IMG/VR virus record: IMGVR_UViG_3300021376_000030
Span: 20,920-84,919 of that record
Reading direction: 5' to 3' (one strand)
Length of the DNA stretch: 64,000 bases
From: a virus
Part shown: piece by piece, positions 36,375-45,891 of the stretch
Layout of the letters: the number at the start of each line of letters is the position of its first letter
How positions within the stretch are numbered: position 1 is the stretch's first letter
Made by a program: the position numbers and the translations under genes
Notes under the pieces: model-generated
What the model was told of the DNA's origin: nothing
Database searches by the model: none
What the model saw: the letters and a program-made list of their open reading frames with translations, nothing else

Positions 36375-37195
36375 AGCTTCCTACCTACACTGTAGAAATT
36401 AGTCTCTATGTTGGATGTAGTGTAAACTGTAATTACTGTCCCCATTTAAGCCTACTTAAAAAAAGCTCAGCAAAGTCTTTAACAGTATCAGATTATAAAC
36501 TCATACTCTCTAAAATACCAAAGTTTGTTGGAATAGCTTTTATTGGTATGAGCGAGCCTTTGTTACATAAAGATTTTAAGGAAATCTTATTACATACAAT
36601 TAATGAAGGGTACGAGGTGGTTTGCTTTACTACTCTACCAGACAAATACCCAGAACATGTAGATTTATTTTTAGATTCAAATCTATGGTTAGTTAGATCT
36701 CTCCACATACGAGATGATCAAATGTCATATAAGAATAATAGCGATTATTATTACAGTAATATAGAAAAGTATTTTTCTCAAATTAATAAAAATTGTAGCG
36801 GCATAAAAAAGGATAGAATCTCTATTTTATCAAAAAATATAGATTTAAAAATACAGACACTTCTACAAAAGTATGATTTATTAGACTATGCTCACAGGAG
36901 TGAGCCCTTTACCAGGATAAATGCACCTATGAAGTATAAAGCCAAGCCTAATAAGAAACTAAAAGGTAAGATTTATTGCTCTGAGCATCACGATAAAATA
37001 CAGCATTTATTACCAGATGGTGATGTGGTCCTATGTTGTATGGATGTAGAAAAAAATCATGTATTGGGCAATCTCTATAAAGATAACTACGAATCATTGT
37101 TTAGAAGCAAAGAATATAATAAAATTCTTAATGGCTTTAATGATCACAAGGTAAACACTATATGCAGATCATGCGCATTTGCCAGAAAAGCATAA
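36365..37195 (+). CDS. radical SAM protein with SPASM/Twitch domain
   Basis: CSVNCNYC, GMSEP, PDGDVVLCCMD and CRSC; paralog of the C-terminal part of 24907..26193. Confidence 0.88.
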   Translation: MQLKLPTYTVEISLYVGCSVNCNYCPHLSLLKKSSAKSLTVSDYKLILSKIPKFVGIAFIGMSEPLLHKDFKEILLHTINEGYEVVCFTTLPDKYPEHVDLFLDSNLWLVRSLHIRDDQMSYKNNSDYYYSNIEKYFSQINKNCSGIKKDRISILSKNIDLKIQTLLQKYDLLDYAHRSEPFTRINAPMKYKAKPNKKLKGKIYCSEHHDKIQHLLPDGDVVLCCMDVEKNHVLGNLYKDNYESLFRSKEYNKILNGFNDHKVNTICRSCAFARKA

Positions 37196-37202
37196 ATATA
37201 AT

Positions 37203-37553
37203 ATGGCAAATTACTGGCAGCCCAAAATAGATAATTGGATTACAGAAAATATTAATGTCAACAACACGGGGGCATTTCCTATAAGCTACCAATATGCACC
37301 TAACGAGGGGGAAGAAAAATTTAAAATACATGTTGCAAACTATGGTCCAATGTCATTAAAAGAAATGAAAGAAAAAGTATGTGAAATACTAGAAGATTTG
37401 CATAATGCTGCAAACACTGATGATCATTCTGGCATTGAAAGAATACATCATCAATTATATGGTTCTCCTGAATTTAATAATCTGCTTGCAAAATTTGTGG
37501 ATACAGTAAAGCATATAAGGGCTAGTAATTCACCAGATCAAACCGAACGTTGA
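37203..37553 (+). CDS. hypothetical protein (late)
   Basis: ORF with TAAATA just upstream of ATG 37203. Confidence 0.6.
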   Translation: MANYWQPKIDNWITENINVNNTGAFPISYQYAPNEGEEKFKIHVANYGPMSLKEMKEKVCEILEDLHNAANTDDHSGIERIHHQLYGSPEFNNLLAKFVDTVKHIRASNSPDQTER

Positions 37554-37581
37554 ATTTGTAGAATTATGCGTAATTACTACA

Positions 37582-37761
37582 ATGACAACTGGTAAGACAA
37601 AAACTAAGATAACTGCTGATTTTGTCCTGGATGTATACGAACAGAGTAAAAAGAAAAAGGGTAAAGAAGCTCAAGACTTACTACAAACGGCTATCACTCT
37701 TAGCAAACATTTAAATGAGTGGCTGGTGGTGCCAGATAATGTTACAAAAAAGAAGTCTTGA
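37582..37761 (+). CDS. small hypothetical protein (59 aa)
   Basis: MTTGKTKTKITADFVLDVYE... fills the gap behind a TTGAAT promoter-like motif. Confidence 0.55.
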   Translation: MTTGKTKTKITADFVLDVYEQSKKKKGKEAQDLLQTAITLSKHLNEWLVVPDNVTKKKS

Positions 37762-37789
37762 TATTTAATAAAATACTTTAAAATTAAGA

Positions 37790-38236
37790 ATGGAAAAGCT
37801 TTTCTTGTCGTGGAGCGATATTTATAACTCCTTAAACTGCATTGTTAATGAAACAAGTAATTATAGTAATAATGCTGCTATTGTAGGGTTGTCTCGTGGA
37901 GGGTTGGTACCAGCAGTAATCTTTTCACATTTAAAAAATATTAACACTTTTTATACTTGCGGAATAAAAAGTTACAATGAAACTAATAAAAGCACAGAAG
38001 TTATGTTTCAGTATCCAGATAAAAAGATTCTAAGCGATAAAGATGTTGTATATGTTATAGATGATATATGTGATTCAGGCGGTACCTTAAAATTTATGGA
38101 AAATTATTTGTTGCCTTTAAAGATGGTTTCTATTACTCTTGTATATAGAACAAATGAAGTCTACAAACCAAATTATTTTGGCACTCAGCTTTCGGACAAC
38201 AGGTGGGTTGTTTTTCCGTGGGAAGAGACTAAATAA
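37790..38236 (+). CDS. type I phosphoribosyltransferase (xanthine/guanine PRT-like)
   Basis: IVGLSRGGLVPA, VIDDICDSGGT and WVVFPWE. Confidence 0.9.
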   Translation: MEKLFLSWSDIYNSLNCIVNETSNYSNNAAIVGLSRGGLVPAVIFSHLKNINTFYTCGIKSYNETNKSTEVMFQYPDKKILSDKDVVYVIDDICDSGGTLKFMENYLLPLKMVSITLVYRTNEVYKPNYFGTQLSDNRWVVFPWEETK

Positions 38237-38293
38237 TAAACTAATATAGAGACATAGTTTTCTCCGGCCTATAGCCGTCATATATTTCATTTT

Positions 38294-38860
38294 ATGAAAA
38301 CAACAAATAAAATACATAAGCTAAGCACACTGATCATAATTCTAATGCTGTCGACAGCATCTTTTTGTTTCACTGATTATCCAGAAAGACAAAAAAATAT
38401 TAAAGATGTTAGGGCAGAATTAAAATCTATGAACCCAGCAGAAGAAAAGAAAGTTGCTAAACAAATTGAAGTCAAGCAAAATGGTGTAAAGTATGATGGT
38501 GTTTTTATTCCAAAAACTGATAGAGGAGATTTTAATGTATTGACTGTGCGCTTAACTGTATATTGGGCTCGCGGTAGCGGCACAGATCGTTATAGTGCTA
38601 AAAAGAAAAGCTCAACCGGCTATACATTAAAACAGGGTGAATCAATTGCGGTTGATCCTCGTATTATTCCTTATACTAAAGAAGTTATTATACCAAACAT
38701 TGGATTAGTTAAAGCGGTTGACACCGGTACCGCTGTTAAAGAAAAGCGCGCATCTCGGGGCAAACTACCTGTAATAGATGTCTTCTTTGAACATAAAAGG
38801 GATGCTATATTATTTGCTAATAGATATCCAAAAATAGTAAAAGTAGCTGTATTAAATTAA
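38294..38860 (+). CDS. secreted 3D-domain (MltA-like) lytic transglycosylase
   Basis: Signal peptide; TVYW, IAVDP..IPY, AVDTG.AVK and IDVFF (3D-domain Asp motifs). Confidence 0.82.
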   Translation: MKTTNKIHKLSTLIIILMLSTASFCFTDYPERQKNIKDVRAELKSMNPAEEKKVAKQIEVKQNGVKYDGVFIPKTDRGDFNVLTVRLTVYWARGSGTDRYSAKKKSSTGYTLKQGESIAVDPRIIPYTKEVIIPNIGLVKAVDTGTAVKEKRASRGKLPVIDVFFEHKRDAILFANRYPKIVKVAVLN

Positions 38861-38867
38861 ATAATAC

Positions 38868-39401
38868 ATGCGGTTCAATTTACTAGTAAAACAATTATTA
38901 GAGGCAGCAGATGTGCCTCCTCAGCCCCCAGGCATTGTTCAGTCTGCTCCTAAGCAAGCTATAAGAAATATGGATATAATAGCAGCAGCATTAATAGGAG
39001 AAGCCGGCGGGGAGGGTGAAAAGGGAATGCACGCTGTTATGAATGTAATTTCCAACAGAGCTCAAACATCGTCTGATTTTGTCAAAGGAACAGTACAAGT
39101 TGTATTGAAACCAAAACAATTTAGCTTTTTTAATAAGTACACATCAGGGCAGGAGAGCATGGCGTCAATTGTAGATAAGGCAAAACAACACCCTAATTGG
39201 CCTAAAGCTTTAGAACTAGCTTTGGCGGGGTTATCAAAAAAACTACCAGATATTACAGATGGTGCAACCCACTATCATGTATCAAGCGGGCCGAGCAAAG
39301 TACAACCAAAATGGTCACACCCTCAGGTTGGCGGGAAAAACCCTCAAGCAGTCGTCACTAATACTATAGGCAGACACACGTTCTTAAAAAATATTCGTTA
39401 A
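38868..39401 (+). CDS. cell wall hydrolase (SleB/Hydrolase_2)
   Basis: GEAGGEG..GM.AV.NVI.NR, QFS, DITDGATHY and IGRHTF. Confidence 0.88.
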   Translation: MRFNLLVKQLLEAADVPPQPPGIVQSAPKQAIRNMDIIAAALIGEAGGEGEKGMHAVMNVISNRAQTSSDFVKGTVQVVLKPKQFSFFNKYTSGQESMASIVDKAKQHPNWPKALELALAGLSKKLPDITDGATHYHVSSGPSKVQPKWSHPQVGGKNPQAVVTNTIGRHTFLKNIR

Positions 39402-39622
39402 CGCTTTCTCTTTTTTTTCTTGGTGACCATCTTTATCACTACCTGATCCTGCTGACCGGGTGCTATACCCTGGGGGCCTGCGCCCTTGAAACCTGATGGT
39501 AGCGGTCCTCTAAAATTTATATTTGGACCTGGGGATGGGGCAGGCCTGCCTTGAATATTTCTTGTTTGAGGGTAGACATTAAAATCTTCTAGTAATTTAG
39601 CAACCAAACTATTAAATTTCAT
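39398..39622 (-). CDS. hypothetical protein
   Basis: MKFNSLVAKLLE start shared with 38868 (MRFNLLVKQLLE). Confidence 0.6.
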   Translation of the reverse strand: MKFNSLVAKLLEDFNVYPQTRNIQGRPAPSPGPNINFRGPLPSGFKGAGPQGIAPGQQDQVVIKMVTKKKKRKR

Positions 39623-40776
39623 TAATATTTTATAATCTTAGTCACAACTGCTGACGGTTGTAAATTATTATGTGCTACTAGTGCATTAGATGCAGCATTG
39701 TTTTGGGTTGTAAGACCGCTTGGTGTTGTGCCACCGCCTTGGGCGCTTCTATTACTCGATTCGCAGCCTCCCGCAGATTTAAAACATCCCCCATATGACT
39801 GCTGGTGTGCGTGCGCTCTTAACCCACTTTCGTTTGCAGTTAATAGATGTGCCTCTGCTCCGCCGATATTTCCTACAGTATTTCCCAATGTAGATGTAGC
39901 ACTACCTCCAGCGCCGACAGATGTTCGTCTTCTTAAATCAGGTACATTGAAAGTAGTGGAACCGTCACCAACACCCCAGGTTGTACCAATTGCAGTAAAC
40001 AAGGTTGCATAGGTTGATCTACTCACCGCAGATCCATCACAAAGCAAATAACCCACAGGGGCTGATGTACCGGCAAAATCTAAAACTGTCCCCGTAGGTA
40101 TACCAGCAATATCAAGAGCACTTGCAAGAGAAGTTTTGATTGCCGCTGCAAAATCAGTAAAAGGAACATCTTGCGGTAACCCTGCAGTGGCAAGTCGGGC
40201 TTTAACTGTATTCGGCTGCATTACTGCTAATTTTTCGTTTGCTACACCTGCTGGTGTAATGTAAAGAGTATCTCCACTAAATGTTAGTTCAGGACCTGGA
40301 TCAGCTATACGTATTGTTTGATTACTAGAGATACGCTCTAATCCCCTTCCTATAGCAACACTTTGAAGGTAAGTCGCGTCTAGTGAATTTGTTTTTACAG
40401 CTAAATTGCCACCACTATTTGTTATAGTTGTTTCATCTGGCAATGCTGCGGCGCCATATTTTGTATAGCTAGATACAAGAGTAGAGTCGCTGGCGGTTAA
40501 TGCATATATAAAACTAGATGTAGTATCATATACAATATCACCAATGACTGGTGCAAAGGCGAGTTGTGATACTGATAAATTTGAAGCTACCGGGCCAAAT
40601 GCTGTAATACCAAGATTTTTTATACCTACAGGGACCCCGCCAGCCGTAGATCCGTCACCCACATATAGTCTTTTTGAATCTGTAGTATAGCCTGGCTCAC
40701 CTTGCAATAAAATAAGGCCTGAGCGCTCTGACTCTAAGCCTCTTCTAAAAACAATTCGTGTAATAGGGTCTGGCAT
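39622..40776 (-). CDS. tail fibre protein with tail collar domain
   Basis: N-terminal RRG...GEPGYTTDSKRLYVGDG; C-terminal collar PTGTV..FAG..APVGYLLCDG.AVSR..YATLF.AIGTTWG.GDGSTTFNVPDLR and HNNLQP..IIKY. Confidence 0.9.
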   Translation of the reverse strand: MPDPITRIVFRRGLESERSGLILLQGEPGYTTDSKRLYVGDGSTAGGVPVGIKNLGITAFGPVASNLSVSQLAFAPVIGDIVYDTTSSFIYALTASDSTLVSSYTKYGAAALPDETTITNSGGNLAVKTNSLDATYLQSVAIGRGLERISSNQTIRIADPGPELTFSGDTLYITPAGVANEKLAVMQPNTVKARLATAGLPQDVPFTDFAAAIKTSLASALDIAGIPTGTVLDFAGTSAPVGYLLCDGSAVSRSTYATLFTAIGTTWGVGDGSTTFNVPDLRRRTSVGAGGSATSTLGNTVGNIGGAEAHLLTANESGLRAHAHQQSYGGCFKSAGGCESSNRSAQGGGTTPSGLTTQNNAASNALVAHNNLQPSAVVTKIIKY

Positions 40777-40797
40777 AATATTATATATTTAGTATAA

Positions 40798-40825
40798 TTG
40801 ATTTATTTACAAAGGTAATTATAAT
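40798..40825 (+). promoter_or_regulatory. sigma70-like early/middle promoter
   Basis: TTGATT-N16-TATAAT, 7 nt before ATG 40833. Confidence 0.55.
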
Positions 40826-40832
40826 AGGTGTA

Positions 40833-41363
40833 ATGAAAGGCACGACAATTACCTGTATAATAACTGAAGAAGAGAAGTATTTCAATAGCACTGTTTTAAA
40901 GAATAAATTAGCTAAATTCGGTACTATTGAGAATTTGCAAAGATATTACGTCTCTCGGTCTGCAGCAAAATTACTTAAGTCTGGTCTATCAGTACAGCAA
41001 GTCAGGGATAAACTCAATAGCAAGTCAATAAAACAGGTAGACTTCGAGGTACTATATAAATTAAAATTATTAAAGACTGCTAAAAAAAGAAAAAAATTTG
41101 TTAGTCCAGAAGAAGCAAAACTACAACGCGAACAAACCGAAAAAAATGAAAAAGACTGGTATAGTTTACAGGAAAAAATAAAAACATGTACTCGGACATG
41201 GGTTGAGGAAATGACAGGCGGTCCAAATAGATGTCAAGTACCTTATGGAGGCACATGTATAAGACCGGACATATATTATGATAATGAACATAGCCGTGAA
41301 GGCCGCTGCAAGCCATGCCCATATCATGTACATTGCTTGTGTGGTAGTAAAGAGGTTTCTTGA
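40833..41363 (+). CDS. hypothetical protein with Cys-rich C-terminus
   Basis: ITCIIT N-terminal motif shared with the next gene; C..C..CxxCxxHxxCxC tail. Confidence 0.65.
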   Translation: MKGTTITCIITEEEKYFNSTVLKNKLAKFGTIENLQRYYVSRSAAKLLKSGLSVQQVRDKLNSKSIKQVDFEVLYKLKLLKTAKKRKKFVSPEEAKLQREQTEKNEKDWYSLQEKIKTCTRTWVEEMTGGPNRCQVPYGGTCIRPDIYYDNEHSREGRCKPCPYHVHCLCGSKEVS

Positions 41364-41710
41364 AGTCTAGAAAGCTCAAGTGTATTGTTACAGGTAAGAC
41401 GCTAACAGCGGCACCTGATTATTATAAAAAAAAGCTAGAAAAAGCGGGCTCTGAAGAGGAATTACATAGAACATATATCTGTAAAGAAGCTAAAGATCTA
41501 CTTTTAAAGGGGGTTACTGTAGAGCAAATTAGACAACAATTTGAAACTACTGAACAGTTACCGGCTGTACCTAGTGATGTAATATTAGCTATTACCACCA
41601 ATGAATATGGTGTAAAGCGTAATACAATGTTTTCAGAATTAACATCTTTTACTCACCAATCCACAGATTCTGATGTCAAGGATTTTATAAATATGTTATA
41701 TGGAGAGTAG
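41360..41710 (+). CDS. hypothetical protein (paralog of 40833..41363)
   Basis: LKCIVTGK...KKLEKAG..E.L...YIC..AK.LL.KG..V.QIR. Confidence 0.65.
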   Translation: MKSRKLKCIVTGKTLTAAPDYYKKKLEKAGSEEELHRTYICKEAKDLLLKGVTVEQIRQQFETTEQLPAVPSDVILAITTNEYGVKRNTMFSELTSFTHQSTDSDVKDFINMLYGE

Positions 41711-41924
41711 GGTATTTACAGTAACAAGTGATGGAACAACCTTAAGGTGTATTGATGCAAAAACAGGTAATCAATTTAATACACTAAGACTTAGTGGTAC
41801 CCTTGTGTCAGGCCCAATTGTAACTGGTGATCGGGTCACCGTAGTCATTCGACAAGGTAATACAAATTTTGGTAAAGTCTTTAAACTTCCATCTTTCTTA
41901 CTTACATCTACGTTTCGCGGATAA
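41700..41924 (+). CDS. hypothetical protein
   Basis: 74 aa all-beta ORF (PQQ-repeat-like LRCIDAKTG). Confidence 0.55.
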   Translation: MESRVFTVTSDGTTLRCIDAKTGNQFNTLRLSGTLVSGPIVTGDRVTVVIRQGNTNFGKVFKLPSFLLTSTFRG

Positions 41925-41973
41925 TTAGTTTTTTTCCTCTTGAATTCTAACTATCTACAGTTACTATCTGTAT

Positions 41974-42465
41974 ATGGAGATTGCATTAGATTACGAACTT
42001 GCAGAACAAGAACCATCGCTAGAATATTCCCTGCTCCCCGAAGACTTTTCGCATTATTTTTTTGCAGGTTATATTGTTAAAAATAGATATGACGAAGAGC
42101 GGCTGTCTATTCATAGTAAATTCAATCCTAAAAGATTTTCATTTACTACAAATAATAGCAAATATAATCTTTACGGCATACTTAGCGAGGCTTCGCCAAA
42201 TCATAAATTAATATCTGCTCTAACAAAAAATAATTTTATCAATATAGGCGAGTATAGTTCAATATTAACACTTAACGGATTATCGTGTCTTACGTGTTTT
42301 CTACATTTTTCTCCTGGGCTCTATCCTATTGATTCCAACTATTTAAATAGATTTTTTCCTTCTATAGATGAATCCATCTTTAATAATAAAAAAATCATTC
42401 CTCATTTTCAAAAAATTAATAATATTTATTTGTTTGCGCTAATTAATCACAAAAAAAGTAACTAA
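41974..42465 (+). CDS. hypothetical protein
   Basis: 163 aa ORF. Confidence 0.6.
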   Translation: MEIALDYELAEQEPSLEYSLLPEDFSHYFFAGYIVKNRYDEERLSIHSKFNPKRFSFTTNNSKYNLYGILSEASPNHKLISALTKNNFINIGEYSSILTLNGLSCLTCFLHFSPGLYPIDSNYLNRFFPSIDESIFNNKKIIPHFQKINNIYLFALINHKKSN

Positions 42466-42532
42466 AAAAACTTTTTTTAAAAAAAAAAATTACTGCAAAA
42501 CTTTAGTATAAATATAAAATATTTTTTCTTGT

Positions 42533-44791
42533 ATGAGCACACAATTTTATGTAAAAAAACGATGCGGCAAAACAGAAAAGTTTAATATAGAAAAAATTAA
42601 TAAAGTTATAAGTTGGGCTATTGAAGGCATTTCAGGGGTTAGTTTGTCAGATATTGAGATTAATGCAAAGCTAAACATAACCGATAATGTTTCAACAAGA
42701 GACATTCATCAAAGCATTATAGAGGCTGCTGCTAATTTAATTTCTGTCGATACACCTAATTATCAATATGTCGCGGCTCGGCTACTAAACTATCAACTTA
42801 GAAAAGATGTATGGGGCGGCAAGCACCCACCTAGGTTGGTCGATATGGTATATGGAGGTGTTCGACGCAAGATATATGATGAGCTAATTTTAAAGAAATA
42901 TACAGAAGATGAACTAAATAAAATTGGTGAGTGGATTGACCACGATAGGGACTTTTTGTTTACTTATGCGGGTATCAAACAGCTTTGTGACAAATATCTA
43001 ATTAAAAATAGAGTTACAAATATTATACACGAAACACCGCAGTTTGCATATATTCTAATTGCTACTTATGCATTCGCAAATTATCCACACGAAACAAGAA
43101 TGACATATATTAAAAGATTTTATGATGCAATATCCAAGCATAAGATTAATTTACCTACTCCCATTATGGCAGGAGTCAGAACTACGGCACGGGGATACGC
43201 GAGTTGTTGTTTGATTGGTATAGATGATACCAAAGAATCTATTACAGCCTCAGGTACAGCTGTATCTTTAGCAACTGCTTCCAGATGTGGCATAGGTATA
43301 GATGTTTCTAAAATACGCGCGCTAGGCGCTTCTGTAAATGGAGGTCATGTCGTTCATACAGGCTTAATACCGTTTTTAAAAATTTATGAAGCTTCTGTGA
43401 AGGCGTGGCAGCAAAATTCTATGCGAGGCGGTAGTGCTACAGTAAACTTAATGTGGTGGCATTATGAAATAGAAGATGTAGTTGTGTTAAAAAATAACGC
43501 CGGTACAGATGATAATAGAGTTCGCAAATTAGATTATACAGTTGGAATTTCTAGGTTGTTTTATGATAGAGTTCTTAAAAATGAATCTATAACATTATTC
43601 AGCCCACACGAAGTACCGGAACTTTGGGAAGCATGGGGCACCCCAGCATTTGATAAGATATACGAAGATTGTGAATCAAATAAGAAAATTAAACTTAAAA
43701 AGAAGGTATCAGCTAGAAAGTTATTTTCACTTATTATTAAAGAACGAGTTGAAACAGGTAGAATATATGTTTTGAATGTAGACACAGCTAACGAACATAG
43801 TTCTTGGGCAGACAAAATAACAATGTCTAATCTTTGTACAGAAGTTATTCAACCTTATATACCGCTCAAAGATTATCACGACTCAGAAGCAGAAATAGGT
43901 ATGTGTATTCTTTCCGCTATTAATATGTTAGAAATTAAAAATTGGCAAGACTTAGAAAAGACTTGCGATTTGGTTGTACGGTTTTTAGATGAAATAATAG
44001 ATATTCAAGACTATTTTAATACTGCAGCTTCTAATTTTGCAAAAAAACGCAGGAGCCTAGGAATAGGCATAACCAATCTTGCTGCGTTTCTAGCTAAAAA
44101 CGAATGTAAATACACTTCAAAAGATTCCCTTATTTTAGTAGATGAATGGATGGAGCATTTTCAGTTTTATCTTCTTAAGTCAAGCCTTGTTTTGGCAAAG
44201 GAAAAAGGCAAGTGCGAGAAGTTCGATAGAACGAAATATGCCAAAGGTATCTTGCCTATAGATACATATAAAAAGAAGGTCAACGATATAGTAAAGCGCA
44301 AATTAAGTTTGCCTTGGTCTGAATTGAAGGAAGAAATTAAAAAACATGGGCTAAGACACAGCACGCTATCTGCTGTAATGCCTTGTGAGTCTAGCTCAGT
44401 TATACAGAGTTCTACCAATGGCATAGAACCAGTCCGTTCACTTATAACGTATAAAATGTCTAAAATGGGCAAATTACCAGTCCTAGTGCCTGGTATAGGT
44501 AAATTTGATAAGAATTATGAACTCGCCTATTCAATGCAGGACAACACCGGGTTAATAAATATTAATGCTGTAATTCAAAAATATATTGATATGGCAATAT
44601 CAACAAACATTTATTACAATTACAGTCATTATGACAATCATGTTTTACCAGATAGTAAGGTTATGAAGGAGATAATGTACGCATATAGTATGGGTCTAAT
44701 ATCTTTGTATTATAACAATACTGATGATGGGGACAAGGAACAATCAATGGAACGAGACGCTGACTGCTCGAGTGGAGCTTGTAAGCTCTAA
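42533..44791 (+). CDS. nrdA: ribonucleoside-diphosphate reductase class Ia alpha subunit
   Basis: ATP-cone (VKKRCG), ETPQ, PTPIMAGVRT, SCC, SNLCTE, MPCESSS, TNGIEP and C-terminal CSSGACKL. Confidence 0.97.
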   Translation: MSTQFYVKKRCGKTEKFNIEKINKVISWAIEGISGVSLSDIEINAKLNITDNVSTRDIHQSIIEAAANLISVDTPNYQYVAARLLNYQLRKDVWGGKHPPRLVDMVYGGVRRKIYDELILKKYTEDELNKIGEWIDHDRDFLFTYAGIKQLCDKYLIKNRVTNIIHETPQFAYILIATYAFANYPHETRMTYIKRFYDAISKHKINLPTPIMAGVRTTARGYASCCLIGIDDTKESITASGTAVSLATASRCGIGIDVSKIRALGASVNGGHVVHTGLIPFLKIYEASVKAWQQNSMRGGSATVNLMWWHYEIEDVVVLKNNAGTDDNRVRKLDYTVGISRLFYDRVLKNESITLFSPHEVPELWEAWGTPAFDKIYEDCESNKKIKLKKKVSARKLFSLIIKERVETGRIYVLNVDTANEHSSWADKITMSNLCTEVIQPYIPLKDYHDSEAEIGMCILSAINMLEIKNWQDLEKTCDLVVRFLDEIIDIQDYFNTAASNFAKKRRSLGIGITNLAAFLAKNECKYTSKDSLILVDEWMEHFQFYLLKSSLVLAKEKGKCEKFDRTKYAKGILPIDTYKKKVNDIVKRKLSLPWSELKEEIKKHGLRHSTLSAVMPCESSSVIQSSTNGIEPVRSLITYKMSKMGKLPVLVPGIGKFDKNYELAYSMQDNTGLININAVIQKYIDMAISTNIYYNYSHYDNHVLPDSKVMKEIMYAYSMGLISLYYNNTDDGDKEQSMERDADCSSGACKL

Positions 44792-44806
44792 TTATATAAT
44801 TGCTCA

Positions 44807-45871
44807 ATGAAAAGTGTCCTTAATCTCAAGAATATAGATCATACCAAACAGCTGTTATTTTTTGGTGAAGATTTAAATTTGCAACGATATGATAAATTTA
44901 AATATCCTATATTTTTTGAATTGTTTAAGAAGCAAGAAGAATTTTTCTGGTGGCCCCATGAAATATCTTTACAAAAAGATAGAAATGATTATAGAGAGTT
45001 AAAAGGTGAACAAAGATTTGTATTTGATAATAATTTAAAATTTCAAACATTAGGTGATAGTATGCTATCCCGATCTATACATTCACTTAAAGATTATGTT
45101 TCTAATCCTGAGCTAGAGATATGTATGAATACCTGGCAGCGATTTGAAGGTATTCATAGCTATAGTTATTCATATCTACTCAACAACGTACACCCTGATG
45201 CCTCAGCATTTTTTGATAGTATAATGGAAGACAAAGAGATAGTTTCCCGGGCGGAATTAATAAGAAGCAATTTTGATAAAATTTTAGGAGATGATGATAA
45301 GAAAGATATAAAACAGAAGATATTTGATTGTATCTTATCTATTAATGTCATGGAAGGTTTAGTATTTTACGTTAGCTTTGCTTGTTCGTTTTATTTTGGG
45401 TATCGCGGTATTATGGAAGGCAACGCGAAGATTATTAAGTTTATTCAGCGAGACGAAGCTTTACATTTTGCGACCACTCAAAACCTACTTAAAATACTTA
45501 AAGAAGAGGATAAGGAAGGATTTACCTCTATTGCAAAAAAAAGCGAGGATAAAATATATGCATATTATGAGCAGGCAGCTAAAAACGAAATTGAATGGGC
45601 ACAATATTTGTTTAGCAAAGGATCATTACTTGGGTTAAACGCTGATGTGCTTGGCGGTTATGCAAAATGGTTGTGTGATAGTAGACTACGTTCGTTGGGT
45701 TATAAGAAACTTTTTAACCAGAAAGACAATCCAATAGCAGGATGGCTAGATAGCTACTTGGATAGCAGCAAAGTCCAGGTTGCTCCTCAAGAAACTGAAA
45801 TAAGCGCTTATAAAATAGGGGCAAGGAACACTAGTATTGAAGATACATCTTTCGAAGATATCGAATTATAA
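44807..45871 (+). CDS. nrdB: ribonucleoside-diphosphate reductase class Ia beta subunit
   Basis: FFWWPHEI, EGIHSYSY, EGLVFYVSFACS, RDEALH and QVAPQETEI.AY. Confidence 0.97.
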   Translation: MKSVLNLKNIDHTKQLLFFGEDLNLQRYDKFKYPIFFELFKKQEEFFWWPHEISLQKDRNDYRELKGEQRFVFDNNLKFQTLGDSMLSRSIHSLKDYVSNPELEICMNTWQRFEGIHSYSYSYLLNNVHPDASAFFDSIMEDKEIVSRAELIRSNFDKILGDDDKKDIKQKIFDCILSINVMEGLVFYVSFACSFYFGYRGIMEGNAKIIKFIQRDEALHFATTQNLLKILKEEDKEGFTSIAKKSEDKIYAYYEQAAKNEIEWAQYLFSKGSLLGLNADVLGGYAKWLCDSRLRSLGYKKLFNQKDNPIAGWLDSYLDSSKVQVAPQETEISAYKIGARNTSIEDTSFEDIEL

Positions 45872-45891
45872 TTTTAATAAATAATATACAA

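Noticed and set aside
42445-42500. A/T homopolymer palindrome upstream of nrdA as an origin or terminator
   Set aside because: Low-complexity sequence in an AT-rich genome with no further support.
42533-45871. Introns or inteins in nrdA/nrdB
   Set aside because: Both ORFs are continuous and of normal length with no intein motifs.
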